Positions 42,476-52,661 of a DNA stretch of 64,000 nt are shown here, one piece after another (the first letter of the stretch is position 1; every line of letters starts with the position of its first letter). Location of the stretch: positions 2,656,001-2,720,000 of the forward strand of contig CAWGAA010000001.1 in NCBI GenBank assembly GCA_963820525.1, read 5' to 3'. The notes beneath the pieces were generated by a model. It ran no database searches. It had not been told where the DNA came from and saw nothing but the letters and a program-made list of their open reading frames with translations. The position numbers and the translations under genes are program-made. This stretch comes from an uncultured Spirochaetota bacterium. GTDB taxonomy: Bacteria > Spirochaetota > Spirochaetia > SZUA-6 > Fen-1364.

Positions 42476-42485
42476 AATGTTAGTA

Positions 42486-42570
42486 ATTATACACCCGCCG
42501 TGCACGATCGAGATAGTATTCGCCGGCTATGGTGCGCCGTGTTGCGGGCGAGCTCCTTCCAGTCTATAAT
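42486..42570. promoter_or_regulatory. Divergent promoters with very short leaders
   Basis: Minus TATAAT (42486-42491) 10 nt before the kinase ATG; plus TTGCGG-N17-TATAAT (42542-42570) 12 nt before the amidohydrolase ATG. Confidence 0.6.
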
Positions 42571-42582
42571 CCCAGCCACATC

Positions 42583-44178
42583 ATGGAATCGGACCTGGTA
42601 TTGTTCAAAGCGCGGATCCATACCCTGGACAGGCGAAAGCCGCAGGCGAGCGCCGTGGCAATCAGAGGCTCGCGGATCGTTTTCGTGGGGAGGGATGGGG
42701 ATGCCCTGAGGAATCTCTGCCGGGAAGGCCAGGCAGTCGACCTCGGAGGGCGATGTGTGGTCCCCGGCCTTACTGACGCTCACTTCCACCTCCGCTGGTA
42801 CGCGGAGTCTTTCGGCGCCGTGGAAGCGGGTGCGCCGACGCTCGACGAAGCACTCAAGCGGGTGGAAGCGGCGGCCCGCCTCTCCCCTCCCGGCCAGTGG
42901 ATCACGGGAACCGGCTGGGATCACAACCTGTGGCAGGCCCTGCCAACGCGGGCGCAGCTCGACCGGGTTGCCCCCGCCAATCCCGTCGCGCTCAAGGCCA
43001 AGAGCGGCCACGCCCTGTGGGCGAGCAGTATCGCGTTGAAAGCCGCGGGGATCACGGCTTCCACGGCGGATCCCGCGGATGGAAGGATTCTCCGGCAAGA
43101 CTCCTCGGGAGAGCCCACGGGGATACTCCTGGAAAACGCTATGGACATGGTCCAGGCCGTCATCCCAAAGCCGAGCCCCCAGCGGCTCGCCGAGATGATG
43201 AGAACGGCTCAGGAGACCCTCCACCGTCTCGGTCTCACGGGGGTCCACGACTACGATTCATCCCTCCTCCTTTCTGCCCTGGAGCTTCTCGATTCAAGAG
43301 GAGGGCTCACCCTGCGCGTGGTCAAAGGGATCCCCAGCGAGCTCCTGGGACAGGCGGCGGAGCTGGGGCTTCGAAGCGGGTTCGGCTCTCGCCTTCTTTC
43401 CCTGGGCGCTTTGAAGATCTTTGCGGACGGCGCGCTTGGTCCGCAAACCGCCTGGATGCTGGAATCCTATGAAGGGTCGAGCTCCCGCGGCATTCCGACG
43501 GTCCGCCCGGAGGAGCTTGCCGCAATGGTGAGCCGCGCGAACGCTGCCGGCATTTCCTGCGCCGTCCACGCCATCGGGGACGCCGCCTGCCGCGCCGCCC
43601 TCGACGCATTCCAGGCTGCCGCTTCCGAGGCTTCCACCGCGGAAGGGATCTCCGGGCTTCGAAACAGGATCGAGCACGCCCAGCTTCTTCACCCCGCCGA
43701 TCTTGCCCGTTTCGCCCGTCTGGGAGTCGTGGCCTCGATGCAGCCAATCCATGCCACCTCAGACATGCTGATCGCGGAAAGATATTGGGGAGATCGATGC
43801 GTCGGCGCATACGCGTGGAGATCGCTTTTGGATTCCGGGGCGTCCATCGCGTTCGGCTCCGACTGTCCCGTGGAGACGCCCAATCCCCTGGCGGGCATCC
43901 ATGCTGCGGTGACCCGAAGACGTTCAGACGGGAGCCCCGGACCGCAGGGCTGGCGGCCCGCGGAGAGGATCAGCGTGGAAGAGGCGCTTCGCGGCTACAC
44001 GACGGGCGCCGCGTACGCGGCGGGGCGGGAGTGTGACCTGGGCTCGATCTCCCCGGGCAAGCTCGCGGACCTCACTCTCCTCGACGAGGATATCTTCGAG
44101 ACGGACCCTCACGCCATCAAGGACGTCAAGGCCGTGGGCACCATCGTCGACGGCCGGTTCGTCTTCAGGAGCTTCTGA
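42583..44178 (+). CDS. Amidohydrolase 3 family (YtcJ-like)
   Basis: PGLTDAHFH, KIFADGALG, HAIGD, RIEHAQ, SMQPIH, FGSDCPV, GKLAD. Confidence 0.92.
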   Translation: MESDLVLFKARIHTLDRRKPQASAVAIRGSRIVFVGRDGDALRNLCREGQAVDLGGRCVVPGLTDAHFHLRWYAESFGAVEAGAPTLDEALKRVEAAARLSPPGQWITGTGWDHNLWQALPTRAQLDRVAPANPVALKAKSGHALWASSIALKAAGITASTADPADGRILRQDSSGEPTGILLENAMDMVQAVIPKPSPQRLAEMMRTAQETLHRLGLTGVHDYDSSLLLSALELLDSRGGLTLRVVKGIPSELLGQAAELGLRSGFGSRLLSLGALKIFADGALGPQTAWMLESYEGSSSRGIPTVRPEELAAMVSRANAAGISCAVHAIGDAACRAALDAFQAAASEASTAEGISGLRNRIEHAQLLHPADLARFARLGVVASMQPIHATSDMLIAERYWGDRCVGAYAWRSLLDSGASIAFGSDCPVETPNPLAGIHAAVTRRRSDGSPGPQGWRPAERISVEEALRGYTTGAAYAAGRECDLGSISPGKLADLTLLDEDIFETDPHAIKDVKAVGTIVDGRFVFRSF

Positions 44179-44801
44179 TGCCGTCCGTGCGGGAGATCGT
44201 GACGATCTTTGTCGCCATCTTTATCGTCGTGGACCCCTTGGGGATCGTGCCGGTCTATATCTCCCTCACCTCGGGAATGGCGGCCCAGCGGATCAGGTCC
44301 ACGATCATCACATCCACCACCGTGGCCTTCATCGTGCTGTGCATCTTCGTGTTCACCGGAAGCGCCATCCTTCGCCTGCTCGGCATACATCCGGGATCGT
44401 TCTTCATTGCGGGGGGAATTCTCCTCTTCATCGTGTCCATCGACCTCCTCTTTGGGCGGCCGGGCAGGACCAAGACCTCAGGGGAGGGAGCCGAGCCGGA
44501 AAGAGAGGACGTGGCGATCTTTCCCCTCGCCATCCCAATGCTCGCCGGGCCGGGGACCATTACGACCATTCTCCTCTACGTGAGCGAGGATCATAGCGGC
44601 GGCTTCCTCATTCCCGTCCTGATTCTTTCAGCGGCCCTGGCCCTGCTCTGCGCGGGAGTGGCGATGCGCTTGAGCTCCGCCTTCCTCAGGGTGCTGGGAA
44701 AGACTGGTGTGTCCGTCGTGGAGAGGATCATGGGAATCCTTCTCTCCGGCCTCTCGGTGCAGTTCGTCTACGACGGCCTCACCAAGCTCAAGATCCTGTG
44801 A
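44178..44801 (+). CDS. marC: MarC-family membrane protein
   Basis: VDPLG, IAGGILLF, FPLAIPMLAGPGTI, RIMGILL. Confidence 0.92.
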   Translation: MPSVREIVTIFVAIFIVVDPLGIVPVYISLTSGMAAQRIRSTIITSTTVAFIVLCIFVFTGSAILRLLGIHPGSFFIAGGILLFIVSIDLLFGRPGRTKTSGEGAEPEREDVAIFPLAIPMLAGPGTITTILLYVSEDHSGGFLIPVLILSAALALLCAGVAMRLSSAFLRVLGKTGVSVVERIMGILLSGLSVQFVYDGLTKLKIL

Positions 44802-44821
44802 GGGGAAAGGCTGGGAACCTT

Positions 44822-45868
44822 ATGGACGACACGCGGATACGTATCGCGATGGTTGGCTGCGGCGCTCATTCGCACGTCCACGCCAAGGCGATGGGAAAAG
44901 TCGAAGGGGCCTCTTTTGCTGCCTGCTGCGACCGTGACGAGGAGAAGGCTCGCTCGTGGGCGGCGCTTTACGGCGGAATTCCCTCTTATGCCGGGCTGGA
45001 AACCATGCTCCGCAAGGAGGCTGTCGACGCCGTCATCCTGTGCACGTGGCCGTCCCAGCACCGCGAGCAGATCGAGACCTGCCTCTCTTCTGGCGTCACC
45101 AACATCCTCTGCGAGAAGTCCCTGACGCTGAGCGGAGCCGATGCCGCCGTAATCATGGCGATGGCCGCCAAGCGCAATGCCTTTCTCATGGAGGCGGTGA
45201 TGTACAGGCATCATCCCGCCATCCGGAAGCTTGAAGCCCTTCTTTCTCACCCCGAGGCCGGCCCGATTTGCAGCATCAGGGCCGTTTTCACAAACCGCGA
45301 GCCGGAGCCCGACGTCTCCTCCCAGGGGGAACGGGATTGGCGTCTGAAGCAGGAATGCGGCGGGGGGGTGCCTCACGATTGGATGAGCTACTGCGTCAAT
45401 GCGGCAAACCATTTCAGCGCGGGCGCGCCGCGGCGCGTTTTTTCAACCGGAGGTGTGAGCGCGCGCCATGGCGTGGTGGATCGGCTGTACGGCATGATCG
45501 AATACGATAATGGCGTCGTCGGGATCGTGGAGAGCAGCAGGAACGCGAGCTTCAGCGAGATGCTCCAGATCACCTGCGCGGGGAGCATCCTGGAGCTCCC
45601 CATCGCGTGGGGGATATTCGGAGAGGTGTCGATCCGTCAGCGGCACAGGAAGCAGGATTGGCCCTTCATCCTCACCGACACCCATCGGGTCGCTGAAGCT
45701 GATTCCTACGAGCTTCAGCTTCGAAACTTCTGCCGGGTTATTCGGGGAAGCGAGAAACCTCTCGTCAGCCTCGCGGAATCGGTTGTGAACGCATATACGA
45801 TCGAGGCGCTGGTGGAAAGCGCCATGGAAAAAAGGATCGTCGAGGTCATCCCCTCGCTCTCTCGGTAA
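44822..45868 (+). CDS. Gfo/Idh/MocA oxidoreductase
   Basis: VGCG, ILCEKSL, LMEAVMYRHHP, GGGVPHD. Confidence 0.9.
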   Translation: MDDTRIRIAMVGCGAHSHVHAKAMGKVEGASFAACCDRDEEKARSWAALYGGIPSYAGLETMLRKEAVDAVILCTWPSQHREQIETCLSSGVTNILCEKSLTLSGADAAVIMAMAAKRNAFLMEAVMYRHHPAIRKLEALLSHPEAGPICSIRAVFTNREPEPDVSSQGERDWRLKQECGGGVPHDWMSYCVNAANHFSAGAPRRVFSTGGVSARHGVVDRLYGMIEYDNGVVGIVESSRNASFSEMLQITCAGSILELPIAWGIFGEVSIRQRHRKQDWPFILTDTHRVAEADSYELQLRNFCRVIRGSEKPLVSLAESVVNAYTIEALVESAMEKRIVEVIPSLSR

Positions 45869-48800
45869 GGAAGTTGGAAAGGAAGCGCGCCGTGTGAGAG
45901 CCCGAGCGAACGCGCGCCACCTCCCACGGGGTCCCCTGTGCCGCAACATTCCCCCCGTCATCCCCGCCCTCCGGGCCAAGGTCGATGATCCAATCGGCTT
46001 CCGCGATCATGTCGAGGTTGTGCTCGATGAGGACAACCGAGTTGCCCGCGTCAACCAGCCTCTGCAGAACGCGGATCAGCTTCTCCACGTCCGCCATGTG
46101 GAGGCCGATGGTCGGCTCGTCAAGGAGGTACAGAGTCCCCGGCCTGCGGGCAGCCCCGCGGCTCCGCCGCGACCCTCCCCCGGCACCGTCAACTGGGAGG
46201 TGCCCCGCCTCCGCGCCTGCGCGCGCCTTGGCGAGCTCCGTCACCAGCTTTATCCTCTGGGCTTCCCCGCCGCTCAAGGACGGGCTCTGCTGGCCGAGGG
46301 ACAGATATCCCAGGCCGACGTCTTGGAGCAGCCTCAAGCTGTGCTGGATGGTAGGATGAAAGCCGAAGAACCCGGCGGCTTCATCCACGCTCATCGAGAG
46401 GACCTCCGCGATGCTCTTGCCGCGGAAGCGCGCCGAGAGGGTCTCCTCGGTGAAGCGCGCTCCGTCACAGACGTCGCAGGAAACGGAGACGTCGGGAAGG
46501 AAGCTCATCTCGATCTTCTTCATGCCCTGTCCCTGGCACTCCTCGCACCTTCCTCCCTTCACGTTGAAGCTGAACCTGCTCGCCGTGTAGCCCCGGATCT
46601 TCGCCTCCGTCGTGGCGGCGAAAAGCCGGCGGATGTCGTCCCAGATCCCCACATAGGTGGCGGGACAGGAGCGGGGGGTTTTTCCGATCGGCGTCTGGTC
46701 CACCTCCAGCACGCGGCCGATGCTTTGCCAGCCTTCGATTGCCGTGCATCCATGGAGGAGCAGGGCTCGGCCCCTGGTTCTGGCCGAACGCTCGCCCGCC
46801 ACCAGGCGCTTGAGGTTCTCGTGCAGAATGTCCCGCACCAGGGTGCTCTTGCCGCTGCCGCTCACCCCCGTGACGCACACGAGCCGGGAAAGGGGGATGC
46901 CGACGTCGAGATCCTTGAGGTTGTGGAGGCGCGCGCCGGTGATCTGTAGCATTTCCTTGGGAGGGCCTTCGCGGGGGCGTTTTTCCGATGCCGGCCCGCC
47001 GTTTCCGGCGAGCGGGTGGAGCAGAGGGTGTCTGAGGAACTTCGCCGTAAGGGAGTCGCTGCTCTTGAGGATCGCGGCGAGCGGCCCTTCGGCAACGAGC
47101 CTGCCGCCGTTCACGCCCCCGCCCGGCCCGAGGTCCACGATGTGCTCGGCCCGACGGATCGTCTCTTCGTCGTGCTCGACCACGACCACGGTGTTGCCCT
47201 TGGATTTGAGCATTTCCAGGGTATCCAGGAGCATGAGGTTGTCGCGGGCGTGAAGCCCGATGGTGGGCTCGTCGAGGATGTAGCAGACGCCCCGGAGGTT
47301 GGAGCCCAGCTGGGATGCCAGGCGGATGCGCTGCGCCTCGCCCCCGCTCAAGCTGGGCGCAGAGCGGTCGAGGGAGAGGTACGACAGCCCCACGCGTTTG
47401 AGAAATGCGAGCCTGCTGGCGATCTCCGAGACGATGTCCCGCGCGATCTCAGCCTCGCGGCCGACAAGCCGGAGGGCGAGCATTTCCCTTTCCATCTCCG
47501 CCACGGACAACCGCGCATACTCGGTGATGTTCCTGTCCCTGAACTTGACGGCAAGCGCTTCGGGCCGAAGCCGCCGTCCCTGGCAGGACGGGCAGGCCTG
47601 CTCGGACCCGCCCCACCACTCGTTCCACCAGATCTCCTCGCCGCTCTGCTCTTCGTCGAAGCCGGAGAGCTTCAGCCCCGTGCCGAAGCAGGCGGGACAC
47701 CATCCATGCTTGGAGTTGTAGGAAAAGAGGCGGGGGTCCAGGTCCTGAAAGCTCCTGCCGCAGCGCGAGCAGGCCCGTTTTGTGGAGAATACGGCCGCGG
47801 CCGCCCGCGAGCCTCCACCGCCGGAGGCGGTTCGAACGGCCGCCCGCCCGCCTCCGCCCGCCGAGGAGTCTCGAGCCTCGGGCACGACGTGCACGACACC
47901 CTTGCCGAAATCCAGCCCCCGCTGGAGAAGCGCCCGGAGCTTTCGCTCCGTGGCGGATCCCGCCATCTCATCGCCAACGGGAAGCTCTATCGTATGCTCC
48001 TTGAAACGGTCGAGGCGGGGCCAGCGATCGGTCGGCAGAAGCTCGCCGTCCACCCGCAGGTGCGAGAACCCCTTGCCGGCTGCCCAGGAGGCGAGGTCCG
48101 TGTAGTAGCCTTTCCTGGCGATAACCAGGGGGGCCAGGACGGAGACCCGTTTGCCCCGATAGATGCGCTGGATCCGGGCGAGGATGGCCTCGGGCCCCTG
48201 CGGCTCGATGGGGATCCGACAATCGGGGCAGTACTGGACGCCCAGCTTCACGAACAGGAGCCTGAGGAACGGGTAGATCTCGGTGAGGGTGGCGACGGTG
48301 CTCTTCCTTCCGCCCCTGCTCGTGCGCTGCTCGATGGCAACGGTAGGGGGAATGCCGTACACCCCGTCAACGTCCGGCCTGTGGGCGGGCTGGACGAACT
48401 GCCGTGCATAGGCGTTCAGCGACTCCAGGTACCTGCGCTGCCCCTCGGCGAAGAGGATGTCGAAGGCGACCGTGCTCTTGCCGCTGCCGCTCACGCCCGT
48501 TATAACGCTGAACGAGTCGCGGGGGATGGAGAGATCGATGTCCTTGAGATTGTGCTCGCGTGCTTTTCGGATGACGATCTCCTTGGCTGCGGCCGCCGCA
48601 GCCGGCTTCACTCCGCGAGATGCCGCCGCGGCAGGTTTTGCCGCACGGAGGGCCGACGGAGCGGAGGCGCGCTTCCCGGCCGCGAGGGCGCGGAAGGCGG
48701 CCAGCCCCGAGGTGCGCAAGGCCTTCCCCGTATGGCTCTCGGGGCAGGAGGCGATCGCTTGCGGTGTCCCTTCCGAGACGATCCTCCCCCCGCCGTCGCC

Positions 48801-51764
48801 GCCCTCCGGCCCCAGGTCGATGATCCAGTCGGATGCGCGGATCACGTCGAGGTTGTGCTCGATCACGACGATCGAGTGGCCGGCGTCGATGAGCTTTCGA
48901 AATGCCCCCAGGAGCTTGGCGATGTCGTCGAAGTGAAGGCCCGTGGTTGGTTCATCGAAGAGGAAAAGAGTGCCGCCGTCGGTAGGCAGAGGCGGTCTTT
49001 CGAACGTCCCTGTCCTCGACCGCCCTCGCTCGTCCATAAGCACGGGCGGTCTTCCGGACATCCCTGTCCTCGACCGCCTTTGCCCGTCCATGGGCAGAGC
49101 GAGGTGGCCGGCGAGCTTAAGACGCTGCGCCTCGCCGCCGCTCAAGGTAGGAACCGGTTGGCCGAGGCTGACGTAATCGAGGCCCACCTCCGCGAGCGGG
49201 GCAAGCGCCCTGATGACGCCGGTGACCCCGGAGAAGAAATCGCACGCCTCGGCCACCGTCATTTCCAGGACGTCCGCGATGGACTTCTCCGCTCCTGCAA
49301 CCGCCTTCCGTTCCGGGGGGAAGAGCTTCACCTCCAGGATCTCGGGCCGGTACCTCCTGCCGTCGCAATCGGGGCAGCGCAGGTACACGTCGCTCAGGAA
49401 CTGCATTTCGATATGCTCGAAGCCGCTTCCGCTGCAGGTAGGGCAGCGGCCGTTTCCGGAGTTGAAGCTGAAGGCGCCGGCCGTGTACCCCCGCTCCCGC
49501 GCCAGGGGCTCGGCGGCGAACAGCTTTCTGATCTCGTCGAAAGCCCCGATGTAGCTCACCGGGTTTGAGCGCGTCGTCTTTCCGATGGGAGATTGATCAA
49601 TCAGGATCACGTCCTCCACGAAGTCATGTCCTGTGATCCTCTTGTGTTTCCCTGGGGTCTCCGCCGGCTTGCCCTTGAGCTTCCGCAGGGCATTGTACAG
49701 CACGTCTTGAACCAGGGTGGATTTCCCCGAGCCGCTCACTCCGGTGACGCATACGAGCCGGTTCAGGGGAATGGAGACGTCGATATCCTTGAGGTTGTGC
49801 TGGCCTGCCCCCAGAATGCGGATAGCGCGCGACGTCTTTTTCACGGCCGCCTCCGCTCGCCGACCGGGCTTTTGCGTCTGCCGTCGCCCCGTTGCCGCTA
49901 CGGTTTTGGCGCCTGTGAGGTAGCTTGCCGTGAGTGACTTCCTGCATCGTAAGAGCCCGGCAAGCTCTCCGAAGTAGACGACATTGCCCCCGTTCTTCCC
50001 TGCTCCCGGGCCCATGTCCAGAACGAGATCGGCGGCGTGGATCAGGTCGGGGTCGTGTTCGACAACCAGGATCGTGTTGCCCGCGTCGCGAAGGCGGCGC
50101 AGAACCTCGATGAGCCTTCCGATGTCTCTGGGGTGGAGGCCGATGCTCGGCTCGTCCAGGACGAAGAGGGCATTGACCAGGGACGTTCCGAGGGCGGTGG
50201 TCAGGTTTATCCGCTGGACCTCCCCGCCGCTCAAGGTCCGCGACTGACGATCGAGGGTGAGGTAGCCGAGGCCCACGTCGACAAGGTAGGAAAGCCGCAT
50301 GCGGATCTCCGAGACGAGCAGTTCGGTCGCCTCGTCCAACGGCTGTGGCAGCTGGAGGCTTTCGAAGAAAGCGCGGCAGCGGTCGATGGGCAGGAGCATC
50401 ACGTCGTGCACGGAGAGCTTCTCTTCTCCCAGCCGCCACAGGAGGGCTTCGGGTTTCAGGCGCGCTCCGCCGCACGCCGGACAGACGCGGTATGCCCTGT
50501 ACCTGGACAGGAGCACCCTGATGTGCATCCGGTAGCTCTTGCTCTCGAGCCAATCGAAGAATCGTCCGGCCCCGTACCACAAGCCCTCCCGCCAGTCTCC
50601 CTCGCCTTCCAGGACCCAGCGCCTGTGCTCGGCGGAGAGCTCACGCCATGGCACGTCAACCGGTATGCCCCGCCGGCGGGCGAATCCGAGAAGGTCGTCC
50701 TGAACCTCTTTGAAGCTCGCGGTCTGCCAGGGCTTCACCGCCCCGCCGGCGAGGCTCTTGGTGTCGTCGGGCACCACCAGGTCGTAGTCGATTCCGATGG
50801 TGCGACCGAATCCCCGGCAGGTCTCGCAGGCGCCGATGGGCGAGTTGAACGAGAACAGGTTTGCCACGGGGTCACGGTAGTGAATGTCGCAATCGGGACA
50901 GTGGAGGTCCGCCGAGAAGCGCAGAGCGGCTCCGGGCTCATCGCCCGCCAAAGGATATACGCTGAGACGCCCCTGGCCGAACCTCAATGCCGCCTCGAGG
51001 TCCTCCACGATTCGCGCCCGATTGTCCGGCGATGCGGTCACGCGATCCTGGATCACCTCCCAGCGCCCCTTCTCCTTCTTATGGATGCGGGTATACCCCT
51101 GCTTGGAAAGGAGATCCGTCACTTCCTCCGGCGTGAAGTTCGCCGGGACTGTAATGGGAAACGTGATGAGCGCCCGCTCGCCGGCCCGAAGGAGCGGAGG
51201 CCGCGCCCGAGATGCGGCTGTCTGAGCGCCCACCATGGCCTCGGTCGCCGCACCGCCGACCGCCCGGCCGTTTGTCGCCGGGCCGATTCGTGCGCGGCCT
51301 TTCTTCGCGCTGCCCAAGAGCTCCTCGGCGATGCTCTCAGGGGTGTCCCGCTTCACCTCGCGGCCGCAATTCCCGCAGAACAGCCGAGAAGCCCTGGCGA
51401 AGAGGAGCTTGATGTGATCGTTGAGCTCGGTCATGGTGCCCACGGTGGAGCGTGACGTGCGCACGGGGTTCGTCTGGTCTATCGCAATGGCCGGCGGTAT
51501 TCCCTCGATCCTGTCCACCTTCGGCTTGTCCATCCTGTCGAGGAACTGGCGGGTGTAGGCGGAGAAGGTCTCGACGTAGCGGCGCTGTCCCTCGGAGTAG
51601 ATCGTGTCGAAGGCGAGGGAGCTCTTTCCCGAGCCGCTCACCCCCGTTACCACGATGAGCTTTTGAAGCGGAAGGCGGATGGTGAAGCCCGCGAGGTTGT
51701 TCTGGCGCGCTCCCTCGATGAGGATCTCCTCGGATGGCGCGAGCCGCTTGGTTCTGCTTTTCAT
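45846..51764 (-). CDS. uvrA: Double-length UvrA (about 1970 aa, two fused UvrA units, four ABC sites)
   Basis: Four TGVSGSGKS Walker A, four LSGGE(A/V)QR signatures, EGQRRY twice, several CxxC zinc fingers; ATG 51764. Confidence 0.95.
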   Translation of the reverse strand: MKSRTKRLAPSEEILIEGARQNNLAGFTIRLPLQKLIVVTGVSGSGKSSLAFDTIYSEGQRRYVETFSAYTRQFLDRMDKPKVDRIEGIPPAIAIDQTNPVRTSRSTVGTMTELNDHIKLLFARASRLFCGNCGREVKRDTPESIAEELLGSAKKGRARIGPATNGRAVGGAATEAMVGAQTAASRARPPLLRAGERALITFPITVPANFTPEEVTDLLSKQGYTRIHKKEKGRWEVIQDRVTASPDNRARIVEDLEAALRFGQGRLSVYPLAGDEPGAALRFSADLHCPDCDIHYRDPVANLFSFNSPIGACETCRGFGRTIGIDYDLVVPDDTKSLAGGAVKPWQTASFKEVQDDLLGFARRRGIPVDVPWRELSAEHRRWVLEGEGDWREGLWYGAGRFFDWLESKSYRMHIRVLLSRYRAYRVCPACGGARLKPEALLWRLGEEKLSVHDVMLLPIDRCRAFFESLQLPQPLDEATELLVSEIRMRLSYLVDVGLGYLTLDRQSRTLSGGEVQRINLTTALGTSLVNALFVLDEPSIGLHPRDIGRLIEVLRRLRDAGNTILVVEHDPDLIHAADLVLDMGPGAGKNGGNVVYFGELAGLLRCRKSLTASYLTGAKTVAATGRRQTQKPGRRAEAAVKKTSRAIRILGAGQHNLKDIDVSIPLNRLVCVTGVSGSGKSTLVQDVLYNALRKLKGKPAETPGKHKRITGHDFVEDVILIDQSPIGKTTRSNPVSYIGAFDEIRKLFAAEPLARERGYTAGAFSFNSGNGRCPTCSGSGFEHIEMQFLSDVYLRCPDCDGRRYRPEILEVKLFPPERKAVAGAEKSIADVLEMTVAEACDFFSGVTGVIRALAPLAEVGLDYVSLGQPVPTLSGGEAQRLKLAGHLALPMDGQRRSRTGMSGRPPVLMDERGRSRTGTFERPPLPTDGGTLFLFDEPTTGLHFDDIAKLLGAFRKLIDAGHSIVVIEHNLDVIRASDWIIDLGPEGGDGGGRIVSEGTPQAIASCPESHTGKALRTSGLAAFRALAAGKRASAPSALRAAKPAAAASRGVKPAAAAAAKEIVIRKAREHNLKDIDLSIPRDSFSVITGVSGSGKSTVAFDILFAEGQRRYLESLNAYARQFVQPAHRPDVDGVYGIPPTVAIEQRTSRGGRKSTVATLTEIYPFLRLLFVKLGVQYCPDCRIPIEPQGPEAILARIQRIYRGKRVSVLAPLVIARKGYYTDLASWAAGKGFSHLRVDGELLPTDRWPRLDRFKEHTIELPVGDEMAGSATERKLRALLQRGLDFGKGVVHVVPEARDSSAGGGGRAAVRTASGGGGSRAAAAVFSTKRACSRCGRSFQDLDPRLFSYNSKHGWCPACFGTGLKLSGFDEEQSGEEIWWNEWWGGSEQACPSCQGRRLRPEALAVKFRDRNITEYARLSVAEMEREMLALRLVGREAEIARDIVSEIASRLAFLKRVGLSYLSLDRSAPSLSGGEAQRIRLASQLGSNLRGVCYILDEPTIGLHARDNLMLLDTLEMLKSKGNTVVVVEHDEETIRRAEHIVDLGPGGGVNGGRLVAEGPLAAILKSSDSLTAKFLRHPLLHPLAGNGGPASEKRPREGPPKEMLQITGARLHNLKDLDVGIPLSRLVCVTGVSGSGKSTLVRDILHENLKRLVAGERSARTRGRALLLHGCTAIEGWQSIGRVLEVDQTPIGKTPRSCPATYVGIWDDIRRLFAATTEAKIRGYTASRFSFNVKGGRCEECQGQGMKKIEMSFLPDVSVSCDVCDGARFTEETLSARFRGKSIAEVLSMSVDEAAGFFGFHPTIQHSLRLLQDVGLGYLSLGQQSPSLSGGEAQRIKLVTELAKARAGAEAGHLPVDGAGGGSRRSRGAARRPGTLYLLDEPTIGLHMADVEKLIRVLQRLVDAGNSVVLIEHNLDMIAEADWIIDLGPEGGDDGGNVAAQGTPWEVARVRSGSHTARFLSNFLTERARG
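48991..49096. repeat. Two tandem 54-nt palindromic units in frame inside uvrA
   Basis: ggcggtc..(ggaca)tccctgtcctcgaccgcc + tgcccGTCCATgggca, at 48991-49042 and 49045-49096. Confidence 0.8.
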
Positions 51765-51896
51765 GAAAATCCGGCGGTGAAGCGTCCCCTCGGAACGCAG
51801 CCTATAATATCGGGCCGGAGGGGGTTTTGGGCAAGTAGCCTCCGGCCTCGGCTTGTCTGCCCGGCCGGGCATCGACTATGATTGATGGGAGCGAAC

Positions 51897-52661
51897 ATGG
51901 ACCAGGCGAAGAACTACCTCATCGACATGGACGGCGTGCTGGTGCGGGGGCGTACCCCGATTCCCGGAGCCGACCGCTTCATCTCCCGAATGAACGAGCG
52001 GGGAATCAAATACCTCGTTCTTACCAACAACCCGATGTACACTCAAGATGACCTCGCCTCCAGGCTGAAGAGCATCGGCCTGCCGGTGGATCCGAAGCGG
52101 ATCTTCACCTCCTCGATGGCCACGGCGGCATTCCTCAAGACTCAGAAGCACAACGGGAAGCTCTTCGTCATCGGGGAGAGCGGCCTGACGACCGTCCTTC
52201 AGGAGGCCGGATTCATCATCACGGAGAGCGATCCGCACTATGTCGTTCTGGGCGAGACCAGGTCGTACAACTTCGAGTCCATCACCCAGGCTATCCGCCT
52301 CATCGTGGCCGGGGCCCGCTTTATCGCGACAAATCCGGATCCCTCGGGCCCGTCGGAAGGGGGCATCGCCCCCGCCTGCGGGGCGATGGCGGCCCTGATC
52401 GAGAAGGCCTGCGGTGTAAGCCCCTTTTTCATCGGCAAGCCTAACCCGCTCATGGTCAGGACGGCGCTCAACTATCTCGGCGTTCACTCCGAGAACACCG
52501 TGATGATAGGGGACAGGATGGACACCGACATCGTGGCAGGGGTGGAAAGCGGCATGGGAACAATCCTTGTATTGAGCGGGGTCACCGGCATGGAAGATAT
52601 TCCCCGCTTCCCCTATCAGCCCAACATCATCGCTGAAAGCATCGAGGCGATCGAGCCCTAG
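51897..52661 (+). CDS. nagD: HAD-IIA hydrolase, NagD-like
   Basis: [41 protein letters not shown]. Confidence 0.9.
   Translation: MDQAKNYLIDMDGVLVRGRTPIPGADRFISRMNERGIKYLVLTNNPMYTQDDLASRLKSIGLPVDPKRIFTSSMATAAFLKTQKHNGKLFVIGESGLTTVLQEAGFIITESDPHYVVLGETRSYNFESITQAIRLIVAGARFIATNPDPSGPSEGGIAPACGAMAALIEKACGVSPFFIGKPNPLMVRTALNYLGVHSENTVMIGDRMDTDIVAGVESGMGTILVLSGVTGMEDIPRFPYQPNIIAESIEAIEP

Noticed and set aside
48991..49096. Possible mini-CRISPR array
   Set aside because: Only two degenerate tandem units, no unique spacers, no cas genes
47016..49568. 850-aa plus-strand ORF
   Set aside because: Antisense shadow of uvrA
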